From assembly GCA_965218585.1 (NCBI GenBank), contig CBDCLE010000026.1, positions 128,001-192,000 on the forward strand: a stretch of DNA of 64,000 nucleotides, read 5' to 3'. Position 1 is the stretch's first letter, and each line of letters opens with the position of its first letter. The translations under genes were made by a program, and so were the position numbers. This document shows, piece by piece, positions 37,592 through 49,044 of the stretch. Source of the stretch: Terriglobia bacterium (lineage in GTDB: Bacteria; Acidobacteriota; Terriglobia; 20CM-2-55-15). The notes beneath the pieces are model-generated. The model was not told the DNA's origin and searched no databases. It saw only the letters and a list, made by a program, of their open reading frames with translations.

Positions 37592-39769
37592 ATGAACGTA
37601 CACAAAGTAAGTCGAATGATAGGCAACCTGGAGTTGTCTATAGAAACAGGAAAGCTGGCCACTCAGGCCGATGGTGCGGCCTACATCCGTTATGGAGACA
37701 CGCACGTACTGGTCACCGCGTGCGGAGCCAAAGAAGCCAGTGTCAATGCACACTTCTTTCCGCTCACCTGCGACCACAGAGAAAACTTCTATGCAGCCGG
37801 AAAGATTCCCGGAGGCTTTTTCAAACGCGAAGGCAGACCTTCAGAACGCGAGGTGCTCAGCAGTCGCATGATCGACAGGCCGATCCGGCCGCTGTTTCCC
37901 GAAGGCTATCGAAACGAAACACAGGTCATTGCGAATGTGCTATCGGCTGACACCGTTAACGACCCGTCACCATTGAGTATCGTGGGCGCATCGACGGCGC
38001 TGTACCTTTCGGTGCTGCCATTTACGGAGCCAATCGCCGCCGTCCGCGTCGGGTTGATCGAAGGCACATTTGTGGTGAACCCAACCTACGCCGAACTGGA
38101 AGAAAGCACTTTAAACTTGATCGTTGCCGGCACTGAGGATGGAGTGACGATGGTCGAGGCCGGAGCGGACGAAATTTCTGAAGAAGTGATGATCGAAGCG
38201 ATATCGGTTGGACACGATGTGGTCAAACAGATCGTCGAAATGGAAAAGGAACTCTACGACAAGATCCGGCCTGAGAAGTTCGAGTTCCAGTTGCCAGAGA
38301 TGGATACAGACATTCGAAGCAAAGTCGAAAATCTGATCCGTGAAGAACTCGAAGACGCACTCAACACTCAGAAGTACGACAAGCTCACCAGCTACGCGAA
38401 GGTGGACAATGCCAAGGCCAAAGTCGCAGAAAGCTTCGGCGAGGAGGCTGAAGAAGAAACCCTGAAAGACGCAAAACGGGCCTTCAGTGAACTCAAAGAG
38501 AAAATTTTCAGGGACCAGATTCTCCACGAAGACACACGGCCTGATCGCCGGGCAACCGACGAGATCCGTCCTATCTGGATTGAAGGAGGCGTTCTGCCGC
38601 GCACCCACGGTTCCGCGATTTTCACCCGCGGAGAAACCCAGGCACTGGTGACTACAACGCTGGGAACCTCGGACGATGCTCAGAGAATGGACAAGTTGGA
38701 GGGTGAATCGTTCAAGCGGTTCCTGATGCATTACAATTTCCCGCCGTTTTCAGTCGGCGAGGTTCGGCGATTGATGGGAACGAGTCGTCGCGAAACCGGA
38801 CATGGCAACCTGGCCGAACGAGCCATCTTGCCGATGGTCCCGAAAGAAGACGATTTTCCTTACACCATCCGCGTTGTATCCGACATTCTCGAATCCAACG
38901 GGTCTTCGTCCATGGCAACGGTTTGCGGTGCCAGCCTGTCGCTGATGGAGGCCGGTGTGCCCATCAAGCGGCCCGTCGCAGGAGTCGCGATGGGACTGGT
39001 GTCTGAAAACGACAAATATGCGGTTCTCAGCGACATCGCGGGCGCCGAAGATCACTACGGCGACATGGATTTCAAGGTCGCGGGAACGCGCGACGGCATC
39101 ACGGCCCTCCAGATGGACATCAAGATCACCAACGTAACATTCGAGATCATGTCCAAGGCAATGGAACAGGCTAATCGAGGCCGGATGCACATCCTGGACA
39201 AGATGGACGAGGCGATTTCCGCTCACAAGGCAGACATCTCTCAGTACGCACCACGGATCCACACGATCAAGATACCTGTCGATAAGATCCGGGACGTGAT
39301 TGGACCGGGCGGCAAAATGATCCGCTCGATCGTAGAGCGAACCGGTGTCAAGATCGATGTCAACGATGACGGGACAGTCAACGTGGCGTCCTCAGACGGT
39401 CCGTCGGCGGAACAAGCCATCGGAATCATCGAAGATCTGACGGCTGTCCCCGAGGTCGGGAAGACTTACCTCGGCAAAGTGGTGAGGATCGTGGACTTCG
39501 GGGCTTTCGTGGAGATTTTCCAGGGCACGGACGGACTCCTGCACATCTCGGAAATCGCCGAGCACCGCATCCGTGAAGTGCGTGACGAACTCAAGGAAGG
39601 CGACCAGCTGCAGGTGAAGGTCATTGCCATGGAAGGCAACAAGGTCAAGCTTTCACGCAGGGCGGTTATTCGGGACCAGAAGCAAAAGGCCGGATCCGGA
39701 GCGGGCGCGAGTGGCGGCGGTAACGATGAGGGTGGCGGCGGGGGCGAAAGACCCCGGCGCAGACGATAG
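37592..39769 (+). CDS. pnp: Polyribonucleotide nucleotidyltransferase
   Basis: GKIPGGFFKREGRP, FTRGETQ, LESNGSSSMA, GDMDFKVAG; KH and S1 domains. Confidence 0.99.
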   Translation: MNVHKVSRMIGNLELSIETGKLATQADGAAYIRYGDTHVLVTACGAKEASVNAHFFPLTCDHRENFYAAGKIPGGFFKREGRPSEREVLSSRMIDRPIRPLFPEGYRNETQVIANVLSADTVNDPSPLSIVGASTALYLSVLPFTEPIAAVRVGLIEGTFVVNPTYAELEESTLNLIVAGTEDGVTMVEAGADEISEEVMIEAISVGHDVVKQIVEMEKELYDKIRPEKFEFQLPEMDTDIRSKVENLIREELEDALNTQKYDKLTSYAKVDNAKAKVAESFGEEAEEETLKDAKRAFSELKEKIFRDQILHEDTRPDRRATDEIRPIWIEGGVLPRTHGSAIFTRGETQALVTTTLGTSDDAQRMDKLEGESFKRFLMHYNFPPFSVGEVRRLMGTSRRETGHGNLAERAILPMVPKEDDFPYTIRVVSDILESNGSSSMATVCGASLSLMEAGVPIKRPVAGVAMGLVSENDKYAVLSDIAGAEDHYGDMDFKVAGTRDGITALQMDIKITNVTFEIMSKAMEQANRGRMHILDKMDEAISAHKADISQYAPRIHTIKIPVDKIRDVIGPGGKMIRSIVERTGVKIDVNDDGTVNVASSDGPSAEQAIGIIEDLTAVPEVGKTYLGKVVRIVDFGAFVEIFQGTDGLLHISEIAEHRIREVRDELKEGDQLQVKVIAMEGNKVKLSRRAVIRDQKQKAGSGAGASGGGNDEGGGGGERPRRRR

Positions 39770-39800
39770 CTGATAGCTATCGCCCGTCAGCTGTTGGCAC

Positions 39801-39836
39801 AAAAGGTGTGGATTCGCGAAATCCACGCCTTTTTTT
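39801..39836. terminator. Bidirectional intrinsic terminator
   Basis: AAAAGGTGTGGATT-CGCGA-AATCCACGCCTTTTTTT between convergent genes. Confidence 0.85.
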
Positions 39837-40125
39837 AGTCGAGGTCGATGTCCCGAATCGGCATCTCCAGCTCGTCCGCCCTCTCCATAGCCTCTTTGAA
39901 CTTCAAGTCGATCAAGTCCTTGCGGCCTTTCTCTTTTTCGAACGCCTGATCGAACCTGTCTGAAGCCGTCTCCTGCTGTCTCTTCACGTCCTTGACGGCA
40001 TCCTCGAAGGAAATCGACTTCTTCTCTGGCTGTATCGTAAAGAGCACCTCGCCCGAACCCGCGTCTACCGTCAGCAGGGCCTCACAACAGGTACATCGGA
40101 CTTCCAGTTTGTCTTTGCTTGCCAT
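39835..40125 (-). CDS. Small hypothetical protein (Cys knuckle plus charged helical tail)
   Basis: EVRCTCCEALLTVD..SGEV then K/E-rich helix ending RDIDLD; TATACT 6 nt upstream of ATG. Confidence 0.75.
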   Translation of the reverse strand: MASKDKLEVRCTCCEALLTVDAGSGEVLFTIQPEKKSISFEDAVKDVKRQQETASDRFDQAFEKEKGRKDLIDLKFKEAMERADELEMPIRDIDLD

Positions 40126-40176
40126 GATGTCAGTATAACCCTTCCTCGAACCGGCACCGCCCTCCGGATGCGTCGG

Positions 40177-40339
40177 CGTTCATTCAGCCATCCATGGCTG
40201 AATGACTCCGCACCCCGTCATCTTCCTTGATGACGGGTCCTTAAGCTTGCGAAAACGTTACCGCCATATCCCGAAAGGACTCGCGATCAGGAGATCGCGA
40301 GGGCGAAAGTCGTTCAGACAGGATGTCTGCTTGAACGAC
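40177..40339. repeat. Inverted pair of GGA-loop double-hairpin units (40177-40242 and 40275-40339)
   Basis: Four hairpins with GGA in the loop, two on each strand; the two units are diverged reverse complements with compensatory stem changes. Confidence 0.8.
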
Positions 40340-40364
40340 CGAGCGCCCTGTAGCCACGTGCCCC

Positions 40365-42110
40365 TTACTTCCAATACTCCCCCCACCGCCGGTCAACAAG
40401 CTTGACAGTATCGTCATCCATCTCCAACGGCGCCGGATAGCCCTCCTTCCACGTAGCACCGATTCCGACACATCCGCCGTACACAGGGCGTGCACCCACA
40501 AACTCCTGTCTCTCGAATACCATGTCGCGGCCCGGGTCGAAGCGCGTGAAAATACCCCACTGCAGGTTCTCGTCATCTTCCAGATCAACGTCGGGGCTCA
40601 CTGCAACGATGAACGCGATACCCAGCGAGGCCTTGATGAGGGTTTCGAGCACTTCCCTAGCCCCTTCCCGGACGACCACGATCAACCACCCTCCGTCAAG
40701 AAGCTTCCAACCTTCGATCCGGGGATCAAATCGGTCGGGTTCGTCCCTAAGCTGGGGAGAATCCGGCTGCAGCACTGGACCCGTCGCATCGATGACCAGT
40801 TTGCTACCGACGTGCATCTTGAACGATGTGAAGTCCAGGGTGTCGAGCGGTGCGGTGGGGAGCAACAAGACACGATCGTCCAATTTGGATCGGTGCCAGA
40901 CTTCAGTCAGGATCTGACGGAAATCAGACGGGTCTTTATCCGCACCAACTAGAATCATCACTTTGGTGAGAGACAGCTGCCCGGTACCAAGCAGAGACAT
41001 CGCAGTCTTCAGTACTTCACGCGGGTGTCGCTCCTGGACAGCGACCACGAGCAGGTTATGAAAACCAGCACCGACGTACGCATGCATTCCGACAACGTTC
41101 GGGTTGATTAACCTTATCAATGGGCCGATCATCTCTCCCGCCGCCAAGCCGATGAACTTGTCTTCCTGGGGAGGCTTACCCACCACGGTCGCGACATAGA
41201 CAGGATTCTGCCGCCTGGTAACGGTTCGAACATGGAACACCGGAAACTCGGCAGCCTCCGAGTAATGTCCAAAGTGGTCGCCGAATGGGCCTTCCATGCG
41301 CCGTTCGCCGACTGGCACGACACCCTCGAGGACGAACTCGGCATCTGAGGGGACCAGGGCGTGGATCGAAGTCGCCGGGCTCATTGCCATACCGCGACCT
41401 TGCAGGAAACCCGCGAAAGCAACTTCGTCGATGTCCTCGGGAAGCGGCAGTATGGAGGCCATCATGAGGATCGGATTACAGCCGATGACAACGGCGACTT
41501 CGAGGTCTTCGCCGCGCCTTTCAGCTTCCCAGTAGTGCCCGCGGCCCCCCTTCATGCTCTGCCAGTGCATACCGGCCGTGTCATGATCGAAGACCTGCAT
41601 ACGATACAGACCGAGGTTACGGCGCCGTGTTTCAGGGTGCCGCGTGAGAACCATCCCAAAAGTGATGAATCTGCCCGCGTCGTGTGGCCAGCACTGCACG
41701 ACGGGCAACCGATTGAGATCAGGGGTTTCAATCACCTCCTGAGAGGCGGCCTGGCTCCTGGCCCGAGGCTGTCCGAGCAAGCCTTTCAGAAGCGTCTGTC
41801 GTGACTCCCACAGTTTCCCCAGTGACGGAGGGTTGATGCTTTCCATGGCCCGTAGCAGTTCCTGAGCAACAGCTTCGGGCTCCTGCCCCAGCGCTTCCAC
41901 GACTCGGTCCATCGTCCCAAACAGGTTCATCAAGAGGGGAAAATCGGAACCTGCGGGGTTCTCAAACAAAAGGGCGGGACCACCCTCTCTCAAAACGCGC
42001 TGGGCTATTTCTCCTGCTTCGAGGACGGGATCGACCTGGGCTCGAATACGGCGTAGCTTGCCACTCGCTTCAAGGTGCCGTACAAAGTCCTGCAAATTGT
42101 TAAAAGGCAT
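40365..42110 (-). CDS. UbiD-family prFMN-dependent decarboxylase (likely menaquinone/futalosine-pathway type)
   Basis: PALLFEN, NLFGT, NLGLYRMQV, EGPFGDHFGHY, VGKPPQED, K..IDAT; duplicated C-terminal domain. Confidence 0.9.
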   Translation of the reverse strand: MPFNNLQDFVRHLEASGKLRRIRAQVDPVLEAGEIAQRVLREGGPALLFENPAGSDFPLLMNLFGTMDRVVEALGQEPEAVAQELLRAMESINPPSLGKLWESRQTLLKGLLGQPRARSQAASQEVIETPDLNRLPVVQCWPHDAGRFITFGMVLTRHPETRRRNLGLYRMQVFDHDTAGMHWQSMKGGRGHYWEAERRGEDLEVAVVIGCNPILMMASILPLPEDIDEVAFAGFLQGRGMAMSPATSIHALVPSDAEFVLEGVVPVGERRMEGPFGDHFGHYSEAAEFPVFHVRTVTRRQNPVYVATVVGKPPQEDKFIGLAAGEMIGPLIRLINPNVVGMHAYVGAGFHNLLVVAVQERHPREVLKTAMSLLGTGQLSLTKVMILVGADKDPSDFRQILTEVWHRSKLDDRVLLLPTAPLDTLDFTSFKMHVGSKLVIDATGPVLQPDSPQLRDEPDRFDPRIEGWKLLDGGWLIVVVREGAREVLETLIKASLGIAFIVAVSPDVDLEDDENLQWGIFTRFDPGRDMVFERQEFVGARPVYGGCVGIGATWKEGYPAPLEMDDDTVKLVDRRWGEYWK

Positions 42111-42267
42111 GAAGGAAAGACCCCGGACTGAGCATCTTACAACGGGTGGGAGGACGGTGGGGGGACGTAATCCTTAAGGGCTCGGTATCACGATCTGCGT
42201 GGGGAAACCGGCACGCGGGACGGCGGGCCCGACGCTAATTAAGGTAGGCGAGCGCCGCGTCTTGGTC

Positions 42268-42329
42268 GTCGTTCATTCAGCCATCCATGGCTGAATGACT
42301 CCGCACCCCGTCGTCTTCCATGCTGACGG
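42268..42329. repeat. Third GGA-loop double-hairpin unit (direct repeat of 40177-40236)
   Basis: CGTTCATTCAGCCATCCATGGCTGAATGACTCCGCACCCCGTC identical to unit 1, then a variant second hairpin. Confidence 0.85.
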
Positions 42330-42389
42330 AGGAGTCGGTCGCCGAAGACGCGATGCTGGACACAAGACCCTCCAGTCCGGTAACCGTGG

Positions 42390-42968
42390 TCAACTGCCCA
42401 CTGAGATCCCCACTGACGGCTGGGACTCTGAGCGTTTAGAACAACCCCCATGACGAAGATACTTCTGCAGGTCTGCGGTTTCGATGACGATCGTCCGTGT
42501 CACGGTCGGCCGTCCCATCGAGTCGTAACGCACCTCGGCAGGAGCACCGGACTGAAAGCTCACCGATTCCTGGAGAAGACCCGGATTTCCGACATCGATT
42601 GTCGCGGGTGTGTCGTCGGTAGTTTGTACCTGGACTTGTCCGGAGGTGTTGATCGACAGCCACGACTGGCGGTTCCGTTTGATCGCATCGATCCGGGCTT
42701 CCATGAGTTTGCCCCTTACCATCGAAACACTCCCGTCGAGCCGCCAGGTCTGCATCGCACGGCTCGCGTTCGGGACAAGGATCATCAGTAACACGCCCAC
42801 GACTACCAGAACGATCATTACTTCGAACAGCGTGAATCCCGCGAGACTGGCGTCTGATCTGCGTCCGAACACCCGTCCCGCAGACCAAAGTGGCCTCCGG
42901 GTTAGTGACAGCACGCTTACCGGCAACAGCCTGCGCTCTACGCAATACTCCCTAATAACGTTTGTCAC
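42390..42968 (-). CDS. Orphan type IV minor pilin / pseudopilin (FimT/GspH-like); C-terminus possibly disrupted
   Basis: AG|FTLFEVMIVLVVVGVL class III signal, AR..AIKRN, V.YDSMGRP. Confidence 0.8.
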   Translation of the reverse strand: MTNVIREYCVERRLLPVSVLSLTRRPLWSAGRVFGRRSDASLAGFTLFEVMIVLVVVGVLLMILVPNASRAMQTWRLDGSVSMVRGKLMEARIDAIKRNRQSWLSINTSGQVQVQTTDDTPATIDVGNPGLLQESVSFQSGAPAEVRYDSMGRPTVTRTIVIETADLQKYLRHGGCSKRSESQPSVGISVGS

Positions 42969-43125
42969 ATTATTCCTTTACCCACGGACTACTCTTACTA
43001 AACGTCAATGTAGCGTTGAGGCGTTTCTGCTGTAAATCGGACTAATGCTGAATTCGTGAGGGGTAAATTCCTAGGTAATCAAATGATACTCGAGCGGGGA
43101 AGGGAGGGTGGAAGAATGTGGGATC

Positions 43126-46100
43126 TTACGACTTCCGCAGTGCGGATCCGACTGGCGAATAATATTCCTGCAAGCTTGAAACTGACAAGGACTCTCTCTG
43201 AAGATCGCGAATACCATTTACTGCGGCCAACGCCCCTGAAAAAGTTGTAATACATGGAATACGGTAGTGCATCGCGGCGCTCCGGATGGCCTTCTCATCG
43301 AAGAAAGACTCCCGGCCCAACGGCGTATTGATGACCAGATCCACTTCTCCGCTCTTGATCCGGTCAACGATGTGCGGACGGCCTTCGTTCACCTTGTAGA
43401 TCTGAGACGCTTCTATTCCGGCCATCTTCAGAACGTTCGCAGTTCCCGACGTCGCGATTATCTTGAACCCCATCGATTGCAACTGGGCCGCGATGTCGGC
43501 AACAAACCTCTTGTCCTGCTGGTTGACGCTCAGGAACGCCGTGCCCGAGCGGGGCAGGACTGTTCCTGCGCTGATCTGGGCCTTGATGTACGCCTTGCCG
43601 AAGGAATCGTCTATTCCCATCACCTCGCCGGTGGACTTCATCTCAGGCCCAAGGATGGGATCAGCTCCCGGAAACCGAACGAAAGGAAAAACGGGCGACT
43701 TGACGAAATATTTGGGGACAGACAGTTCGTCGGGCAGGTTGAATTCGTCCAGGCTCTCGCCCAACATGATCCGGACAGCGACTTTTGCCAGAGGCACTCC
43801 GGTTGCTTTGCTGACGAACGGAACCGTGCGCGAGGCACGCGGATTGACCTCCAATACATACACCTCGTCTCCCTGAACAGCGAACTGAATGTTCATCAAC
43901 CCCACGACATCCAGCGCGAGTGCGAGTGCAACAGTGTGGGTCCGGATCGTCTCCCGGTGGGCCTCGCTCAGTTGATACGTCGGCAGGACGCATGAACTGT
44001 CGCCGGAATGGACGCCGGCTTCTTCGATATGCTCCATGATGCCTCCGATGACGACACGTTTGCCGTCAGAGAGGGCATCGACGTCGATCTCCATCGCGTC
44101 TTCAAGGAACCGGTCGATCAGAATCGGCCGCTCCCTCGACACTTCCACGGCTTCGCTCATGTAGGAGTCCAGGGCGCGTTCATCGTAAGCGATCACCATC
44201 GCGCGCCCACCCAACACGTAGGACGGTCTCACGAGTACCGGATAGCCTATGTCCTCGGCAACTACGCGCGCCTGTTCCAAAGACACGGCGGTACCGTTTG
44301 GAGGCTGGGGGATATTCAGCTTGGTCAGGAGACTGCCGAAACGTTTCCTGTCTTCAGCCAGATCGATCGATTGAGGCGACGTACCCACGATGGGAACGCC
44401 GGCATCGTGCAAGTCGAGGGCAAGATTTAGGGGTGTCTGCCCTCCAAACTGAACAATGACACCCGCGGGTTTTTCTGCCTCGACGATATGAAGCACGTCT
44501 TCTAGTGTCAGTGGTTCGAAATAGAGGCGATCCGACGTGTCGTAGTCCGTGGACACAGTCTCCGGATTACAGTTGACCATGATGGTCTCGTAACCCGCGT
44601 CCTTGAGAGCGAATGACGCGTGACAGCAACAGTAGTCAAACTCGATACCCTGACCAATCCGGTTCGGCCCGCTGCCGAGGATCATGATTTTCTTCGCGTC
44701 CGTGGGATCGGCTTCGGATTCGGTCTCGTATGTGGAATAGAGGTAAGGTGTAAAGGATTCGAATTCCGCAGCACACGTATCGACCCTCTTATAGACCGGT
44801 TTCACGGAAAGCTTCTGGCGAGCCTTGGCAACTTCCGATACGTCGGTCGATCGCAGCGAAGCAATACGGTGGTCAGAGAACCCGCTGCGTTTTGCTTCGA
44901 GCAACAGGCCAGCATCGAGCGTATCTTCGTTTTGGACGCGCGAGGCCAGATCGACCACTTCTCTTAACTCGTTCAGGAACCATGGGTCTATTCCCGTGAT
45001 CTCGGCAATTTTTTCGACCGACATCCCATCCGACAGAGCGTACATCAGGTAGTTAAATCGATCTGGATTCGGTGTCGTGAGATTCTGCCGGATGCGCTCT
45101 GTGTCGATCTTTTCGGATCCGGGATGCCTTCCTGTCTCGAGTGATCGGATGCCTTTGAGCATGGCTTCCTTGAACGTCCGTCCGATCGCCATCACTTCGC
45201 CGACCGATTTCATCTGCGTACCCAGCACCGGTTCAGCGTCTTTGAATTTCTCGAAAGCCCACTTGGGGATCTTCGCGACCACGTAATCCAGCATGGGTTC
45301 GAAGGACGCTGGAGTCTTCTTTGTAATATCGTTCGGGATCTCGTCCAGCGTGTACCCGATGGCGAGCTTTGCCGCGATCTTGGCAATCGGGAAGCCGGTG
45401 GCTTTGGAAGCCAGGGCGGAGCTGCGTGAGACACGCGGGTTCATCTCAATGACGACCAGCCGCCCGTCGTCCGGATTCACAGCAAACTGGATATTCGAAC
45501 CTCCCGTCTCCACTCCCACCTTGCGGATGACCGCAACGGCAGCATCCCGCATGCGCTGGTATTCCCTGTCCGTCAAGGTCTGAGCGGGCGCGACCGTGAT
45601 CGAATCACCCGTATGCACTCCCATCGGATCAAAATTTTCAATCGAGCAGATGATGACGACATTGTCCTGAAGGTCACGCATCACCTCCAGTTCGTATTCC
45701 TTCCATCCGATTACCGACTGTTCGATCAACACCTGATGCACTGGGCTTAAATCGAGGCCTCGCTGTACAGTTTCCTGGTATTCCTCGCTGTTAAAAGCCA
45801 CACCGCCGCCGATGCCGCCCAGAGTAAACGAAGGCCGAATTACCGCAGGGAAACCGATCTGCTCGATGATGCGTTCCGCCTCCCGCATGTTGCCGACAAC
45901 AGCGCTCTCGGGTGTCTCGAGACCGATTTCCTTCATCGCTTCCTTGAAGAGCAGACGGTCTTCGGCCAGCTTGACCGCCATGAGCTTGGCGCCGATCATC
46001 TCCACGTTGTGCTTTTCGAGAACGCCGGCTTCCGCCAGATCGACAGCAAGGTTAAGAGCCGTCTGGCCACCGACGGTGGGCAACAGGGCGTCAGGTTTTT

Positions 46101-46341
46101 CTCGAGCGATTATCTGGCTCAGGAATTCCGTGGTCAACGGCTCGACATACGTACGGTCAGCCAGTTCAGGGTCCGTCATGATCGTCGCAGGATTCGAATT
46201 CACAAGGACGATCTCGTAACCTTCCTCGCGCAACGCCTTGCAGGCCTGCGTTCCGGAGTAGTCGAACTCACACGCTTGTCCGATCACGATCGGGCCTGAC
46301 CCGATGATCAGGATCTTGGAGATGTCACTGCGCTTTGGCAT
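43126..46341 (-). CDS. carB: Carbamoyl-phosphate synthase large subunit
   Basis: [38 protein letters not shown]; MGS domain. Confidence 0.99.
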   Translation of the reverse strand: MPKRSDISKILIIGSGPIVIGQACEFDYSGTQACKALREEGYEIVLVNSNPATIMTDPELADRTYVEPLTTEFLSQIIAREKPDALLPTVGGQTALNLAVDLAEAGVLEKHNVEMIGAKLMAVKLAEDRLLFKEAMKEIGLETPESAVVGNMREAERIIEQIGFPAVIRPSFTLGGIGGGVAFNSEEYQETVQRGLDLSPVHQVLIEQSVIGWKEYELEVMRDLQDNVVIICSIENFDPMGVHTGDSITVAPAQTLTDREYQRMRDAAVAVIRKVGVETGGSNIQFAVNPDDGRLVVIEMNPRVSRSSALASKATGFPIAKIAAKLAIGYTLDEIPNDITKKTPASFEPMLDYVVAKIPKWAFEKFKDAEPVLGTQMKSVGEVMAIGRTFKEAMLKGIRSLETGRHPGSEKIDTERIRQNLTTPNPDRFNYLMYALSDGMSVEKIAEITGIDPWFLNELREVVDLASRVQNEDTLDAGLLLEAKRSGFSDHRIASLRSTDVSEVAKARQKLSVKPVYKRVDTCAAEFESFTPYLYSTYETESEADPTDAKKIMILGSGPNRIGQGIEFDYCCCHASFALKDAGYETIMVNCNPETVSTDYDTSDRLYFEPLTLEDVLHIVEAEKPAGVIVQFGGQTPLNLALDLHDAGVPIVGTSPQSIDLAEDRKRFGSLLTKLNIPQPPNGTAVSLEQARVVAEDIGYPVLVRPSYVLGGRAMVIAYDERALDSYMSEAVEVSRERPILIDRFLEDAMEIDVDALSDGKRVVIGGIMEHIEEAGVHSGDSSCVLPTYQLSEAHRETIRTHTVALALALDVVGLMNIQFAVQGDEVYVLEVNPRASRTVPFVSKATGVPLAKVAVRIMLGESLDEFNLPDELSVPKYFVKSPVFPFVRFPGADPILGPEMKSTGEVMGIDDSFGKAYIKAQISAGTVLPRSGTAFLSVNQQDKRFVADIAAQLQSMGFKIIATSGTANVLKMAGIEASQIYKVNEGRPHIVDRIKSGEVDLVINTPLGRESFFDEKAIRSAAMHYRIPCITTFSGALAAVNGIRDLQRESLSVSSLQEYYSPVGSALRKS

Positions 46342-47464
46342 CGCGGATGTTGTCGAAAAACTTGCGGAACAGATAATAGGAGTCGTGTGGGCCGGGAGAG
46401 GCCTCCGGATGATATTGCACGCTGAACACGGGCAGCTTTCGGTGCTCGAAACCCTCGACGGTTTGATCGTTGAGATTCAGATGTGTGATCCGGATTTCGT
46501 CGTCGTTGAGGCTCTCCGGATCCACGGCAAAGCCGTGATTCTGCGCCGTGATCTCGACACGGCCACTATCGATATGCATCACGGGCTGGTTGCCGCCATG
46601 GTGCCCGAAAGGCAATTTGAACGTCCGCGCCCCCAGCGCCAGGGCCATGATCTGATGGCCCAGGCATATCCCGAAAACAGGCTTCTTGGTGATCAGTTCA
46701 CGAACATTGCTAACGGCGTAGCCCACAGCTCCCGGATCGCCGGGTCCGTTTGAAAGGAATATGCCGTCCGGGTCAAGATCGAGAACTTCGGCGGCACTCG
46801 TTGTGGACGGGACCACGGTTACCCGAGCGCCGTGATGGGTTAGATCACGCAGGATGTTGGTCTTGATTCCAAAATCATATGCCACGACATGCCAGGGGGC
46901 CGGGGCTCCGGACACGCCGTCCCCCAGATCTGAAAACTCGACAAAATCTATCGATTCTCTCTGGGCGTCATAGCGTTCCCTCGTCGTCACGACGCTGGCC
47001 AGATCACGCCCGATCATTTCGGGCGAGTCCTTGACCTTGGCCCCCAGCGATTCGGCGTCCTGGTCGACCAGGGACACAATCGCTCGCATCGCTCCGCGGC
47101 TTCGAATGTGGCGCACCAGGGCCCGCGTGTCAATATCAGAAATGGCAGGAATCTTATGACGTTCGAGGTACTCGTCCAGCGACTCCGACATCCTCCAATT
47201 GCTGGGATGGGGCGTCATCCGGCGCACAACAAAAGCTTCTAAAAAAGGTCCGCCCGACTCGACGTCTTCGGAATTGACGCCGGTGTTTCCGATCAGAGGG
47301 TAGGTCATGGTGACGATCTGCCCGGCATAGGACGGATCCGTCAGGATTTCCTGGTAGCCCGACATCGACGTATTGAAAACGATTTCCCCTACAGCTTCTC
47401 CTTTGAACCCATGCCCTTCACCACGGAACACGCGTCCGTCTTCGAGAAGCAATGTCGCTTTCAT
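46325..47464 (-). CDS. carA: Carbamoyl-phosphate synthase small subunit
   Basis: [36 protein letters not shown]. Confidence 0.99.
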   Translation of the reverse strand: MKATLLLEDGRVFRGEGHGFKGEAVGEIVFNTSMSGYQEILTDPSYAGQIVTMTYPLIGNTGVNSEDVESGGPFLEAFVVRRMTPHPSNWRMSESLDEYLERHKIPAISDIDTRALVRHIRSRGAMRAIVSLVDQDAESLGAKVKDSPEMIGRDLASVVTTRERYDAQRESIDFVEFSDLGDGVSGAPAPWHVVAYDFGIKTNILRDLTHHGARVTVVPSTTSAAEVLDLDPDGIFLSNGPGDPGAVGYAVSNVRELITKKPVFGICLGHQIMALALGARTFKLPFGHHGGNQPVMHIDSGRVEITAQNHGFAVDPESLNDDEIRITHLNLNDQTVEGFEHRKLPVFSVQYHPEASPGPHDSYYLFRKFFDNIRDAKAQ

Positions 47465-48048
47465 TAATCGATGGAACCCATCTTATTCACTGGCCAGTAT
47501 CGGAAAACTGCTTTGCCGTAGATATTCTGTTCGGGGACGAGACCCCACATACGGCTGTCGTTGGATTGATTGCGATGATCGCCCAGGACGTAGTAGTGAC
47601 CGGGTTCGACATAGACCGGTGAGTAACTTCGACGATCGAAGAAATTGACCGGCACGTAGTCCTCGTCAAATATTTCCCCATTCACGAGGACATTGCCCTC
47701 TTCGACGTCAACGACATCGCCCGGCAGACCGACAACACGCTTGATATATGACTTGGTGGGATCGAGCGGATACCAGAAAACAACGATGTCGCCGCGCTGG
47801 ATCTGGTCAATCCTGTAGAGGAACTTGTTGACGAATATCCGCTCCTGATCCACCAACTCCGGGAGCATGCTCGTTCCCTCGACCTTGACGGGCTGATAGA
47901 AGAACACGACGATGATAATCGCCGCACCGATCGCGAAAAACACGTCGCGTGCCCACCCCTGTATCTCACTCAAAAGACTGGACTTATTGGGTTCGATCGG
48001 GTCCTGTGGGGGCGGTGTCGCCCCGAGCGGTGGCTGTTCTATTTCCAT
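47464..48048 (-). CDS. lepB: Signal peptidase I
   Basis: [32 protein letters not shown]. Confidence 0.95.
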   Translation of the reverse strand: MEIEQPPLGATPPPQDPIEPNKSSLLSEIQGWARDVFFAIGAAIIIVVFFYQPVKVEGTSMLPELVDQERIFVNKFLYRIDQIQRGDIVVFWYPLDPTKSYIKRVVGLPGDVVDVEEGNVLVNGEIFDEDYVPVNFFDRRSYSPVYVEPGHYYVLGDHRNQSNDSRMWGLVPEQNIYGKAVFRYWPVNKMGSID

Positions 48049-48127
48049 TCGATTGACCTTCGTGACGGTGCCGAACCGGCTAGATTATTTTAGAGGATTC
48101 CCGAATGAATCGGTAGCAGAGATGAAT

Positions 48128-48216
48128 TAAAAGTGGGGCCAGGTCACTCTTTTTGCTTCTGTAGAGGGTCATGCGTCCTCTCTTTCGGTAAAAAGAGTGA
48201 CCTGTCCCCACTTTTA
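48128..48216. repeat. Long inverted repeat, GGGG(A/C)CAG-type extragenic element
   Basis: TAAAAGTGGGGCCAGGTCACTCTTTTT ... AAAAAGAGTGACCTGTCCCCACTTTTA (27-bp arms, 1 mismatch). Confidence 0.8.
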
Positions 48217-48223
48217 TCTCCCT

Positions 48224-49042
48224 CTATTGCCAAAGCGTGAAGCGGTCGGTAAATCCAAAGACGACGCCGACACGATGGTCTAGGTCCGTCAGCCCTGCGG
48301 TGCCCGCGATGTCCCATTCCAAGCCCAACGCCTGCCACTGGACTCCGATCCGGACCTCTCCCCGGTCCTCGCCACCGAGGGTAGGAAACGACTGAAAGTT
48401 TTCCAGGCCGTTGACCTCGAAAGCAAGACTCGCGCTGCCAGTTACGGGGACGATAGCTGCCAGACCGTACAGCAGGACGTCCTGTTGCGCGGCCGCCCGA
48501 ACCGCATCGTCGAGGATACCCAGGCCGATGTTGCCAAAAACATACGCCGGTCCAACCGATTTACCGATCAGGACCTTCCCAAAAAAATGCGTGCTGTCTG
48601 TTCCCAAGCCGCTTTCGTTACTGGCATTCGGCAAGACAATCGACGGTTGAAAAGTGAGATCCGGACGGGCTCCGGACTCGGTCAGAAGCGCGATCTTAGT
48701 CGCAATCACTCCGTCACCCCAGTCGTTGCGTCGTCCTGTCCCTCCTTCGTCGATCCACAAGAAGTTATGCAGCGTTCCGGTGATCTGGAACTCGGCACGC
48801 GAACCGAGACCGAAGTGCACCCCACCCGTTAACACAGACAGTTGGTCTCCCCCCAGGCCCGATACCGGAAAACGGGCTCGATCGGAATAACCAAAGCCGG
48901 TCTCAAGAACCATTTGGCCCTCGGGTATCAAACGCGGATCCTCGGTCAGAAGCGGCCTTTGCTGCGCAAACGCACTGACGGGAACGACGACGACACAGAC
49001 CATCAGAAAGAACGCTGTCGGGACGCTTTTAGTAGAATCCAA
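48224..49042 (-). CDS. Putative outer-membrane beta-barrel protein
   Basis: Signal peptide ending AFA|QQRPLLTED, alternating amphipathic strands, aromatic C-terminus; start uncertain (TTG 49042 or ATG 49003). Confidence 0.7.
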   Translation of the reverse strand: MDSTKSVPTAFFLMVCVVVVPVSAFAQQRPLLTEDPRLIPEGQMVLETGFGYSDRARFPVSGLGGDQLSVLTGGVHFGLGSRAEFQITGTLHNFLWIDEGGTGRRNDWGDGVIATKIALLTESGARPDLTFQPSIVLPNASNESGLGTDSTHFFGKVLIGKSVGPAYVFGNIGLGILDDAVRAAAQQDVLLYGLAAIVPVTGSASLAFEVNGLENFQSFPTLGGEDRGEVRIGVQWQALGLEWDIAGTAGLTDLDHRVGVVFGFTDRFTLWQ

Positions 49043-49044
49043 TG

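Noticed and set aside
40177-42329. CRISPR array interpretation of the hairpin repeats
   Set aside because: No regular repeat-spacer periodicity and no cas genes; units are dispersed or inverted.
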